DNA of 64,000 nt from an uncultured bacterium (GTDB lineage: Bacteria > Omnitrophota > Omnitrophia > Omnitrophales > Abzuiibacteriaceae), in NCBI GenBank assembly GCA_964387845.1, contig CAYLXA010000001.1, positions 290,627 through 354,626 on the forward strand. Reading direction: 5' to 3'. Made by a program: the position numbers and the translations under genes. Position 1 is the stretch's first letter; each line of letters starts with the position of its first letter. A model generated the notes under the pieces. That model worked only from the letters and a program-made list of their open reading frames with translations, had not been told where the DNA came from and did not search any database. Shown piece after piece: positions 10,916 to 22,400 of this stretch.

Positions 10916-12478
10916 TTAATGTTTGAAATGACGTTCGCCGGTAAAAACCATGGCAATGCCGTAATGATCGCAGGCCGCGATAACTTCCGAATCTTTAATC
11001 GAGCCGCCCGGCTGAATGATGGCACGGATACCGTTCTGATGGGCGACTTCGATATTATCCGGCATCGGGAAAAACGCATCACTCGCAAGCATGCTTCCGC
11101 GCGACCATGATTTTGCTTTTTCGCAGGCCAATTTGACGGCATCGACCCGGGACGTCAAGCCGCCGCCGATTCCCACGGTCTGCGTTCCGCGCACAAGCAC
11201 AATCGCGTTTGACTTCGTGACTTTGACGCAGCGCCAAGCAAAAAGCAGAGATGCCAATTCTTCTTTCGACGGCTTTGATTTCGTAACGGTTTTCAAATTT
11301 TTATTCAGCCTGGCTAAATGATGGTCAATCGGGTCGTCTCGGTCCTGCAGCAAAACGCCGCTTTTCACGTACCTCAAATCATACGGCCCGATGTGGCGAA
11401 ACTCTGGCACTTCAATAACGCGGAGATTTTTACGCTCCTGGAATATTTTGAGTGCTTCTTTTGAAATTTTAGGCGCAACAACGACTTCGAAGAAAGTAAG
11501 TTTGGCAAAAAGCATCCGCGCAGCAGCGGCCGTCACTGGCTGATTGACGCCCACAATACCGCCGAACGCCGAAAGCGGATCGCAATCGACAGCCTGCGCA
11601 ATCGCAGTTTCCAGATCCTGATTCACGGAAATGCCGGAAGGATTGTTGTGCTTCACCACACACGCCGCGGTTTCTTTGAATTCGCGCATGATGTCGACCG
11701 TTGCATCGATATCAAGAATATTGTTATATGAAAGTTCTTTGCCCTGAAATTGAGTAAACGAAAATTTGGGCGCCGAATCAAGCCGCGTGTAAAGCGCCGC
11801 GCGCTGGTGCGGATTTTCGCCGTACCTGAGCGTGGCGGATTTCTTAAACGGAACGCTCAAAAATTCAGGCAGGCCTTCTTCTTTCACAAATTGCTTTTCA
11901 AGATAATGCGCAATGGCATGATCATAAGCCGATGTATGCTGAAACGCTTTCAGAGCAAGTTTCTCTAGCGTTTCTGCCGATAATTTTCCGCCGTTCTTCT
12001 GCAATTCTTCAGCCAACACTGTGTAATCCGCTGCATCGGTAACGACCGCAACCGATTCGTGATTCTTCGCCGCCGAACGGATCATCGCCGGGCCGCCGAT
12101 GTCGATATTTTCAATAGCTTCGGCCAGTTTCACCTTCGGATTTTTGACCGTTTCCTGGAACGGATAAAGATTGATGACCACCATATCGATCGGCTGAATG
12201 CCGTGCTGTTTGGCTTGTTTGGCGTGCGATTTAAGGGAACGCCGGAATAAAATGCCGCCGTGAACTTTGGGGTGAAGGGTTTTGACGCGCCCGTCCATCA
12301 TTTCAGGAAAGCCGGTAAGATCCGAGATATTTTTAACCTTGAGACGCGCTTTCTTGAGCGCCGCCTCCGTACCGCCGGTTGAAATCAACTCAACGCCTAA
12401 TTTGGCAAGCGTTTTTGCGAAATCCACGACGCCGGTTTTATCGGATACGCTGATGAGTGCGCGTTTAATTTTTGCCAT
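10916..12478 (-). CDS. purH: Bifunctional AICAR transformylase/IMP cyclohydrolase PurH
   Basis: MAKIKRALISVSDKTGVVDFAKTLAKLGVELISTGGT (MGS-like IMPCH domain) followed by the AICARFT domain. Confidence 0.9.
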   Translation of the reverse strand: MAKIKRALISVSDKTGVVDFAKTLAKLGVELISTGGTEAALKKARLKVKNISDLTGFPEMMDGRVKTLHPKVHGGILFRRSLKSHAKQAKQHGIQPIDMVVINLYPFQETVKNPKVKLAEAIENIDIGGPAMIRSAAKNHESVAVVTDAADYTVLAEELQKNGGKLSAETLEKLALKAFQHTSAYDHAIAHYLEKQFVKEEGLPEFLSVPFKKSATLRYGENPHQRAALYTRLDSAPKFSFTQFQGKELSYNNILDIDATVDIMREFKETAACVVKHNNPSGISVNQDLETAIAQAVDCDPLSAFGGIVGVNQPVTAAAARMLFAKLTFFEVVVAPKISKEALKIFQERKNLRVIEVPEFRHIGPYDLRYVKSGVLLQDRDDPIDHHLARLNKNLKTVTKSKPSKEELASLLFAWRCVKVTKSNAIVLVRGTQTVGIGGGLTSRVDAVKLACEKAKSWSRGSMLASDAFFPMPDNIEVAHQNGIRAIIQPGGSIKDSEVIAACDHYGIAMVFTGERHFKH

Positions 12479-12493
12479 TTTTGTTTCCTAATT

Positions 12494-12584
12494 CCCTCTC
12501 CCTTTGGGAGAGGGCTAGGGTGAGGGATTTCTATAAATCCCACCACCCTCATCCTAACCTTCTCCCTCTAAAGAGGGAGAAGGG
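12494..12584. repeat. REP-like nested-hairpin element (family 1: CCCTCTCCC-N3/4-GGGAGAGGG plus GGGTGAGGG arms), copy 1
   Basis: CCCTCTCCCTTTGGGAGAGGG, GGGTGAGGGATTT..AAATCCCACCACCC, CTCCCTCTAAAGAGGGAG. It overlaps the last 9 codons (IPSPSLEGEG*) of the class IV aminotransferase gene. Confidence 0.6.
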
Positions 12585-13381
12585 ATAAATCGTTTCATTA
12601 ACCTGCTTGTTATAACGCCCGGAATTTCCGTGCCGATTTGACGGCCATCGAGCGACCGCACCGGCACGATGATACCTGTTGAATTGGTTAAAAAGGCTTC
12701 ATCCGCATTAAATACATCGTGACGCGTTAAGAAGGATTCTTCCGCCGAAATACCCAATTCGAGCGCATATTTTAACACAAAACGGCGGACGACTCCATTC
12801 AGGATTCCGGCTGTGGGAGGCGTTTTCAACGCGCCTTCCTTCACCATGAAGAAGTTCCAGACTCCGGCCTCGCGTACATACCCGTCTGGCCCCAGATAAA
12901 TCCGGTCAAACGAATCGGTACAATCTAAAAAAGCAAGCAGCCCATTGACCAGATCGCCTGATTTTGCTTCCGGCGGAACGCTGTTTGAGAGGTTGCGCCT
13001 CACAGCGGAAGTTTTAAGATCAACGCCTTCCCGATAAATCTTTTCGGGATAAGAGCGCACGGATACGATCGTGAAAATATTTTTCTCCGAAACAGCCAGA
13101 CGAATTGAATGGTTTGGATTTTCTTTGGCGATTTCGGCAAGTTCTTTTTCAATCCGTTCACGTTCGGTGGGAACTTCAATCCCTGAAGTTTTTGCGGATT
13201 CAAACAAACGGTCCAAATGTTCATTCAAATGCAGAATTTTACCGCTCCGGGATTGCATGGTTTCGAAAACGTTTAATCCAAGCTCCGCCGGCGATATTAT
13301 AGGAAGCTCTGCCGGTTTTATCTGTTTTCCGTTGATAAAGAGAAGCATATCCGTAAGTGACATGGGAAAAGTATAAAGCAA
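12554..13381 (-). CDS. Class IV aminotransferase family protein (PabC aminodeoxychorismate lyase / IlvE-like)
   Basis: 275 aa, fold-type IV PLP enzyme length. Its C-terminal 9 aa are encoded by the REP element. Lies 24 bp downstream of the giant ORF. Confidence 0.65.
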   Translation of the reverse strand: MLYTFPMSLTDMLLFINGKQIKPAELPIISPAELGLNVFETMQSRSGKILHLNEHLDRLFESAKTSGIEVPTERERIEKELAEIAKENPNHSIRLAVSEKNIFTIVSVRSYPEKIYREGVDLKTSAVRRNLSNSVPPEAKSGDLVNGLLAFLDCTDSFDRIYLGPDGYVREAGVWNFFMVKEGALKTPPTAGILNGVVRRFVLKYALELGISAEESFLTRHDVFNADEAFLTNSTGIIVPVRSLDGRQIGTEIPGVITSRLMKRFIPSPSLEGEG

Positions 13382-13404
13382 AAAAACAGGGCTGACTATT
13401 CGGA

Positions 13405-16400
13405 TTATGCGGAGTAGAAAACCTGCATTTGCGCGCGGAACTTGCCGACCAAATATGCCGCGGCTGATAATACATGGTCCACAAACGCTTGGTTCCAGAT
13501 TATGACCTTGTCTGCGATTTTTTCAAGAAATGGAACGGCAACCGCGTCATCTGAAACACCGATAATGGCCATGGAAAGACCGAGATTTCTAAGTTCGGCG
13601 CGCGCCTTGTGGTAATCCTCAACGGGAACAATCCTATTTTTTGGATTTGCAATGGTTGCATTAATCTCGTCGATGACGCGAAGCTCTGCGCGGTTTGTCA
13701 CGATCACCATGTAAGAACCGTAAACATCCGAAAGATTCCGGCCAACCACAGCCAGACTTCCCTTTTCGCCGAAGAAAGCGTTACGCGTAAACACTTTCCC
13801 TTCCCGCATCTCTGATCGATTTTGAAGTGCTGTAACAATCTGATTGTCAAAACTGCGAGCGTTTGACACAATCCGGCGCATTTCGCTTCTCGCTACCGGT
13901 GCAATCTCAGTTTGCAAATCTCGGAATAACGGATTTTCTTTGACTTCAACTCTTCCTTTAGCAATGGTTTTTTCAGTCTTTGCAATGACGCGGAAATTAA
14001 AAACTGTTTCACCCGAAACTTCGGACTGCACCTTGGCCATAATTAGCGGGAGCCCCAAAACTTCGCTTTGCACCTTGTCTCCGATTTCAGTATTATTGAA
14101 AGCATCTGCTTGATTTAGAATCGACTTTTCAATCGCGCTTTGAAAATCGATTGGTTTGATTTTTTGAAGGCTTTCCGGCAGCAATTCCTTGTTAATTTCG
14201 CCTTCCAAATGAATACTGACATCATAACGGCTTCCAATTGTCTTTTGAGCGATTGTAAAATTCCGGTGTTCGCTTGTTAGCGATTTGACGCCCGCCTGCT
14301 CATAAAATTGAGCATCAATAACGGGAACCTCGCGGTCTGCGATCTCTTCTAAAATCCGGACCGCGCGATGAATATATTTAGCGTGCCGGAAACTTCTTCG
14401 CTCATTTTCGCTCAGAGTCAAACTCCTGTTTTTCATCTGCAATTCCGAATACCAGCGCCGGAATAACTTCATAATTTGAATCAGCGAAAGCGGCTGGTTA
14501 GCGCCGAGCGGATTGGATGAATTTTGTTCGTAAATTCTATTAATATCTGTCTCGCTTTGAGCTGTCCAGCTTGATTTTTCCTGATTTAAAACCGCTTTAA
14601 GTACCGGAATATAAAAACCTGTGTCACGCTCAATCCACCAATTAAGCACATAAAGAGCGGCGAAGCGCGCAGATTGGCGCAGCATATCCGGATTAAAGTT
14701 TTTAGGCGCTACTTCAATGAGCGGTTTCCATTCATCAACCGGAATAACCGGTTCAGCTAAGTATTGAAGCAGTGTTTCGAGGCCAACCTCATTTCCTTTT
14801 CCAAGCTCATCGGCTCTTGTCTTCCGGATTGTAAAATTAGGATGCGACAAATTTCTAAGAAGTTTTTGCACCGAACGCAGTTCTGATTTTTGGCTGCCGG
14901 CATCAGGCCCAGGCATCGGCTCTGTCAATTTTTGGAAACGTTCGGCCAATTCGGTTTCTGAGATTTTAAACATTTCGTCAACAAACGCTTCGGAACCGCC
15001 AAGCTCCCCTCCGTCTTCTCCGAATAAACGGACTTCGACTAACTCATGAAACGCAACGGCAAATCTTTCGGCCGATATCCTTTCTTCATCCGTTTTGAAT
15101 TCAAACTGAAAAGCGAGACGCGTATCCTTAACCGCTTCAAGCGTCATCAAGGCCATCGGATTATCCGCTTCGATCCATTCAGCACTCCCTTTGTTCAGAT
15201 TTTTGATCTTAACAGAAACATTTTTTGCTAGGGCGGCTTGCGCCATTTCGACAATGAACATCGCTGGACTCGCATGGACACCTTGCCGGTTCTTGACCGT
15301 AACATTGATCTCAATGCTGTTACTTTCCCCTTCCCGCAATTCCGACATGTTTCTATCAGTCGGCGTTACGGACTTTTTATATTCATTAATCTGATGATCG
15401 AGAAAAGCTTCGTAACTATCAATGGCCTGGCTTGTTTGCGCCAACCACTCTTCTTCTTCTTTCAATAATAGGCCATGTTCTTCTTTCATTCCCTTCAAAG
15501 CAGACTTTGCTTTTCGAAGCTCTGGTAATATTCTGAGATAATAATCGTTCGCTTCCGCGGCTAGAGAATTGCCTCGATCCGAAACTGACAAAATAAAGCT
15601 GCTGAAACGATTCAACAAAACTTCCGTGCGGCTCAATAAAATCTTAATTCTGAGCTGCTGTTCATCCAAAGCGATTCGCCTCGGTTTGATAAGAGAATAA
15701 TAAAGGAGCGCTCCGACTCCTATGCCTATCGCGCCCGCTGAAATACCGATAACGGTATAATTTCGTAATTCAGAACGATGTTTAGGCGGACGGGGAAAAC
15801 TTTGAAAAGGCCCCCTGCGCGCAGCGCGGACAGCCTGAATTCTCGCCGTCACTTCTTCAATAGTATCTAAGTCACCGGCTAATTCTGCGTTATGAAGCTC
15901 GACTTCCAATCTTGCCAAATCCGTCGAGTGATGCGATTGGTCTACAGCAAACGGAAGCTCGATCGGCTCCTCATTTTCCAAATCATTGCGCAGTTCCGAA
16001 CGGACACCGGATTTTTCGCGAGGCGGCTGTTCAGATTTCGGCGGAACCGGGATCCATCCTTCCCACCGGCGGTAAACATGCGTAGGCCGCGTCCCTACTT
16101 CATTGGAAATATTTTTACCGCGCACGCCATGAACCTGATGGGCTTCATCACGCCGTAAAACTTCGGCTCTTTGTGCACGAAAATAATCATCCGTAAAATG
16201 AGTGATTTCGCCGGTTTTTAAGCCCGCGCGGCGCCAGTCAATGTGCCCTTCGGGATGAACAACACGCATATCTTTCTTCAGTACCTGCAAAGCTCCGGAA
16301 AATGCGGCGTGATTAAACAAAATAACTGTTTTCCCGCGATACTGCTCGTTCATGCGTTTCCAAAAAGCGGCGGCGCGGATGATTAAATGGGCAAAACTTT

Positions 16401-19400
16401 CGCCATGCTCAGGTTTCGCCAAAACACTCCACTTTTGATAACTTCGCGCGGCCTTGAATTGTTCCCGGCCAAACTGCGCCTTAATTTGCTCATTGGTGAG
16501 CCCTTCCCATTCGCCTTGAAAAATTTCTTTTGTATCGGGATCAATCATCACTTTCAGTTCAATTCCTAATTTTTCACGTACCAACCGGATAAATGGTTCT
16601 GCCGTATCCCGCACACGCCCAAGCGGATTAATGATCACCACAAACTGATCCGGATTTGCTGTGATTTGGTCTTTAAACTTTTCAAATAATTTTTCAGCGT
16701 CAGCTTGCGCTTGCACGCGCCCTTTTGGCGTCAACTGCGCGCCTTCGTTATCCATACCGCTTCCCTGAAACCTCTTTCTCCCTGTTCTTAGCCCTTCCGC
16801 AATGATGTGAGTTTCTCCGTGGCGGATAACGTAAAGATCCAGATCAAGCGCCGGTGGGAAATAAGGCTCTTTATAAAAAAGCTGCCCGGTCGATTGATTG
16901 ACCCAAAAACCCATTTGTTGCAATGTTTCGGAAACATTTTTTCGCAATTCCACCCTCGCCTTCATTAATAAATCCGGCTGTATTGCACTGGTCGGAACCA
17001 CAAGTTTGCCGTTTTCCCAATAGACCAGCGCACTCAAAAACTGGAACATGACCGGATCATGTTTTCTCACAAAATCAGGGTCAAGCCAGTAAAGAGACTG
17101 GGCTTCAAAGAAAAACTCTCGCGCAGAAACAATGCTGTATCGGCTCAAAAACTGCGTTTCAATTTCTTCTTGAGAATAATCAAGCACCTGCTTCTTTTTC
17201 CCAAATTGCCTTTCAAGTGCCTGCAGCCTAGTCTCATAAATCCGTTTTGCAATCTGATAAACTGCTGTTTTATCGTGTGGAATGTTCACAATAGAGAGTG
17301 GTAAATTTTTATTCGCAAAATGCTCTAAGCGCTCAAAGTTAATCGGCAGCGCATACTGATTATGCTCAACGAGCGTTTCCGCAAGTTCGTGAGTCAGGAG
17401 CCGTTCTAAATAAGTAAAGTCCTTATCCCTCACCTTCAAAAATTCATCGCTCACTGGCCCGTCATAGGAGATCGGATGATCGCCCGCATAAAGTGAAAGA
17501 AAGATCGATTTAACATTGGACAGCACAGGATGAAGGGAGTGATAGGTAACGCCTCCCAAATGATCTCCGTTGCGTCTTACGATAGAACGCGCAATAAATA
17601 CTTGGGCATTGAGCATTTTAAAAAGCGGTGCAATTGCAATGCCGGCCCTATGGCTTTCAAGGAAATGATTGAGCTGGCCATATAACTTACGCGCTAATCT
17701 CCAGTCGGTTTCACTGTTTAATCCATGCAATACATCAGTCCGAATATGTGCAGAAGAGCCTTGTAGATAACCCAAAACAATTTGACGCAATTCCGCCCTT
17801 GCCCCCTTTGAAGAAACATTTTCATGATCCGCTGGGGCCGAGGGGCTTTCTTGTAGTTCTTGCAAAATTAATATCACTTCGTCCGGAAGTCCTAATGCGC
17901 TTAAAGCATCCTTGGCGCTTTCGAGCTGATGAAAACTGAAATGATCCGCAAATCTTTCTGCGCGAGACTTATTTCCCAGCAACCCTGTCAAAAATGGGAT
18001 AGCCAACTCACGAAAATGAATGCACCATGGCTCCGCTTGAAGAATCCGGTTGGTCAGATAAAGCAGTTTTTTAAGCTGTTTAAACGATAAATCGCTATCT
18101 TGAAGCGCGGCACGGATTGCGTCATGGCCTGCATCCAACAACATAGTCTTAGGGGCAGCACTTTCCGCTTCGGAATTCCTGAGCTCGGAACGTATGGCTC
18201 TAGATTTAATAGCAACGCTGCCGAGATACACATTGCCGCTCTGGTGATAAAGAAGCGGGTTTTCGTGGCCATCCATGCTGATAACGTCTCCATCCGCGAT
18301 ATCACGGCCGGCGATGAGCCAAAGATGCTTTTCCGGCTGGAACACCATGTCCGGAACGCCATAAACGGCCGAAATGCCTTCTTTCTGCGCCAGCGTTTCC
18401 GCATGCACTGAAATGGTCTTCGCTAAAATATGAACCCCTTTTGGAATCCGGTTAATCATTTCGGGATTCACTCTGTCCAAGATCAAAATAACGCCGTCAA
18501 CATCCGCTCGGGGATGAGAAACAAGTTCGCCCAAAAGCTTTTCCGCTGCTTCTATCGAATTAGCCGCCAAACCGCGAATCGCACCGCCGCTCACGCCATG
18601 GCCGCGCGCAATCGGCTGATTGTCAGTCGAGTCGGCAAATTCCGGATATTGATCCGTCACAAAATCATCATTGCTTTGGACAATCCATATCTTTCCGCGC
18701 TCAATCGTGAATTCAAACTGCTGGTTGTAACGGAAAATGTTCTTGAGCTTACGCGCGTACTCGAACACTTGTGCGTAAAGCTCCGGCTGCAATGCTTCAA
18801 ATGTTTGTTCATCCGGCCGGATTCGCTCACCATTTCCGATTAAAATGTAATTTTGGCCGGCACGGCTCATCAATTGATCGCCGATCGAGTGAAACCGAAA
18901 TTTACCTTGGAGCACGTCATGGCCGTCCGGAAGTGTTCTCAAAACTGCGTGCCCCGCGCCTGAAATTTTCCCGTCATCAGTCGGCTTTAAATTTCCGAAA
19001 ACGCCTTTCTGCAGAATAACGACCGTTCCCCACTCTTGCGAAATCTGATGCCGTGTACGATACGCGCGTGCCTCTTCGGAGTCCCACGATGCATAAACCG
19101 CTTCGACTGCCATCATGACCTGATCCATCATGTCGTTTGGAATTATTTTGCCGTGCCGCGCCACGATTGCTTTGCACTGTTCCACCACTGCCTTCATGCC
19201 GTCTGCCGACAAATCTTCCTTTTCTTTAACATTCAAAACCTGCTCAAATTCCGCCTCAGGAATACCGAGCACATTGATCGAAAATGACCGGATAAATTCC
19301 GCGTAGGTGTCATACGCAAACCACGCATCGCCGCTTTTTTGGGCAAGCGCTTCGGCTTCCGCGTCGTTCATGCCCACATTCGACACAGTAGCCAAAAGGC

Positions 19401-22400
19401 CGGGCAGCATGAAAGCAGAACCGCTTCGCGCGTACAAAATAAGCTTGAGGTCGGGATACTCGGAGTAGCGTTTGAGCCGTTCGATTTCGGCTGCGATTTT
19501 TTGACGGAATTCGTCCGACCTGAAAATGTCGGGTTTCGTCACTAACTTGGCGCTCAAGATGACACCCGGCGGTACGGGAATCCTCTCGTGCGTCATGCGG
19601 ATCAAGTTCAGGCCCTTTTTGCTCCAAAGCGAGAGAAGTTCCGGCCGTTCATCCGTTTCATTTTCGCCAAACCGGTACAAATGTTGCTCGAAATCATCCG
19701 GCCTTTCCGCGCCGGCATCCTCACGGATGGCTTCGTCCTGGCCTTGCGAAAGCGCAGAAGCGAGAACAGCATCAAATTTCATGAGCGCGCGGTCAAATGC
19801 CGTCGCGCCGGAATTCCGGATCAGCTCATCAATCACCGCGGCTTCAAGTCTCTCTTTTCCTTCAGGCGGAAAGTCATAAATTTGATAAGTCTGATCATCC
19901 TCTGTTTTGGTTTTGATTTTAAAGAGGCTGGTATGTTCGCGCCATAATTTTGCCAGATCGTGATAACCAACTTCATCCAAGCTGTATTGCATGGCCGCGC
20001 GCATGGTGTTATTTAGTTGCCGGGTAATTTTGTGGACTTCGGCCTCAAGCGTGTGGACCAAATCGTAGAGCTGCGACGCCTTAATGCTGCCCGAATCAAG
20101 CTCAACCATCAATTGATCAAAATCGACACCACCCAGCCCTGAAGCCTGAATAAACCGGCCGAGCGCAATGAGATTGGGCAATTCGCGCCGCAAATCGTCT
20201 ACAGAATTTATTTTTTCAATCTTTTCCTGGACGTGAGCAATCTTTTCCGAAGCTAAAATCGATAATTTCTCGCTCATTTCAACCAACGTGCGTAAATCAT
20301 ATAGATAATCACCTTCTTCATGCATATCGTTCCACTCCTGGTCTATATCATCCGCATCCTCATCGGCCGAATCTTCGCCGTCCCGCCCAATGCTCTTCTC
20401 TGCCTGTCCCAATACTTTTTTCTGATTTTCCTCTCCGGAAAGCAAAAACTCTTTAAGATCATTTTGCACTTTCACGATGGCGGAGAAAATGGCCGCATGA
20501 TCATCAGAATCGATCAACATAAGCAGCCGATCGTAATCCTCCCGCATAAACCGGGTAATGGCCGTCATTTTCTTTTTCAAGTACCCACCGTCACGCAGAT
20601 CTTCAGTTTCTCCTTTTAAGAAAGGAACGATCGTCGCGACGCGAGTTCCGAAATGATCCGCAAAAGCCAAATAAAGTTGAGTCATTAATTGAACGCGTTC
20701 ATAGTCAATCTCGGACACATCTTCATCCCGGTTCGCTTCTTCATAAATCGCGACTACTTCACGCTCCGGAATGTCCAGGATTTCATCCAGAAAAGCCTCC
20801 GGATCGCTTTTGCTGATTTTCCCTTTGGCCGCAAGCGCTTTGACAAAACGGTTCAAGAGTTTTGAATAAGTTTGAAGAGTCGCTGGATTGAAATCTTTTG
20901 TCATATCATCCCGCAGCAGAGTCCAGTTGCTTTCCTTTAAAATAGACTCATCAAGCGTCAACCAATAAGCAAGAACTCTTCTCGTATTCTCAAAGTCACT
21001 TCTATTCAAGTTTCGATGAATACCGTCTCTAAAATGGCTGAACCATCCGCGGCCAAACTCGCCGGGATAAGAGGCATTATTATCAAGCCGTCTTGAATAG
21101 CTGATAATACGGTCCTGCGAATTATCCGTAGAGACGCCGCCCTTGCGTTCGGCTTCGATGACTTTCATTAAATAAAAATAGGCCGCTCGGGCGTTTGGTT
21201 GATGGAGCAAATACAAGGACATCTGCGGATACTCTATGCGCTTTCTGCCTTCGCTTGGAATATCACGCACAAGGCCTTGGGCTGCCACAAAAGCAGCGGC
21301 AAGCGGATCCGCCGGTGAAACGCTCAGCAAGATAGAAATCAGTTCCCTGAAAAATTCGTGGCCTATGGTTCGGAGGTGCAGCAGAAGGTGAATCAGTTTA
21401 CCCAAGTCGTCAGGACTTGCTTGGCGGAAAGTTGCTTCTAAATCATGGTGGATATCAGCTTTGATGTAATGCTCATTAAAGTAAGCGGCTGCCAACTCAA
21501 GAAAAATCCGGTTCTCTTCCGGCGAATTTGTTTTAGAGAGGTAAATCGGAATCAAATGCTCTTTAAAGAAAGCATCCGTCATTCTATAGCGGTCGGGCGA
21601 CATCGCGCTCGACACGTACCACAAGTAGCTCTGTTTCTTATCCAGCGGTAAATCTGCTTTTAAAATAAACTCGCGAATCAAATTCTGCAGATGCTCTTTA
21701 GAATTTTTTTTAAGTAGGTCGATAATCGCCTCTTTCCTCGCCCCGACGGCTTGATTTTGCTCAAACGACAGGTGCTTGCCGCCTCTTCCAAAACTTAGTT
21801 TCATGAGTGTTTGGTAATCGCGCAGCGCTTTTTCGAATTCTTTATAAGACATTGGGTTTGTACGACCGTCCGACCTGAGCTCGGAACGTTTTTGGGCAGT
21901 AAGTGTTTTTAAATTCGGAAAAAGTGTGCGGAACGGTTCGCCGAAAAAGAGGCGGCGTCGGACAGCCTCTTTGCGGCGATGAATAAATGCGGCTTGAGTC
22001 GGAAAAATAAGATGCCTCGGCAGAGGAGCGTATTTTAAATAAACAGGAGCTGATGTATTGATACCAACATTTAATTCCGGGTCTTGCAAATTCGGCAGCG
22101 GAAGCGTGAGCACCGCATCCCGCAGAGGATTTTTACTGCGGTCACCGATTGTGCGAATCAGCATGCTGGCTTGAACCTCGCTTACATCCCACGGTGAACG
22201 GAATCCCAGCCGAACCCAGTCAGATTCATTACGCGATAAAACTTCCGCGACCAGTTTTTCTATTTTTTCATTCGAAATTTTTCGGCCCGTTTCAACACCG
22301 TTCTGATCCAGTTCGGGAACATCGGTCAGCATCCGGCTTAGATATTCCGTCATGGATTGTTTTCCGGTGCGGCGTTTTGTATCGTCCGGCCAAAATCTGG

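Noticed and set aside
12479-12553. ZTP (pfl) riboswitch upstream of purH
   Set aside because: The 75-bp leader is entirely REP-like hairpin sequence. No CCGCCTGGGCA-type ZTP pseudoknot motif.
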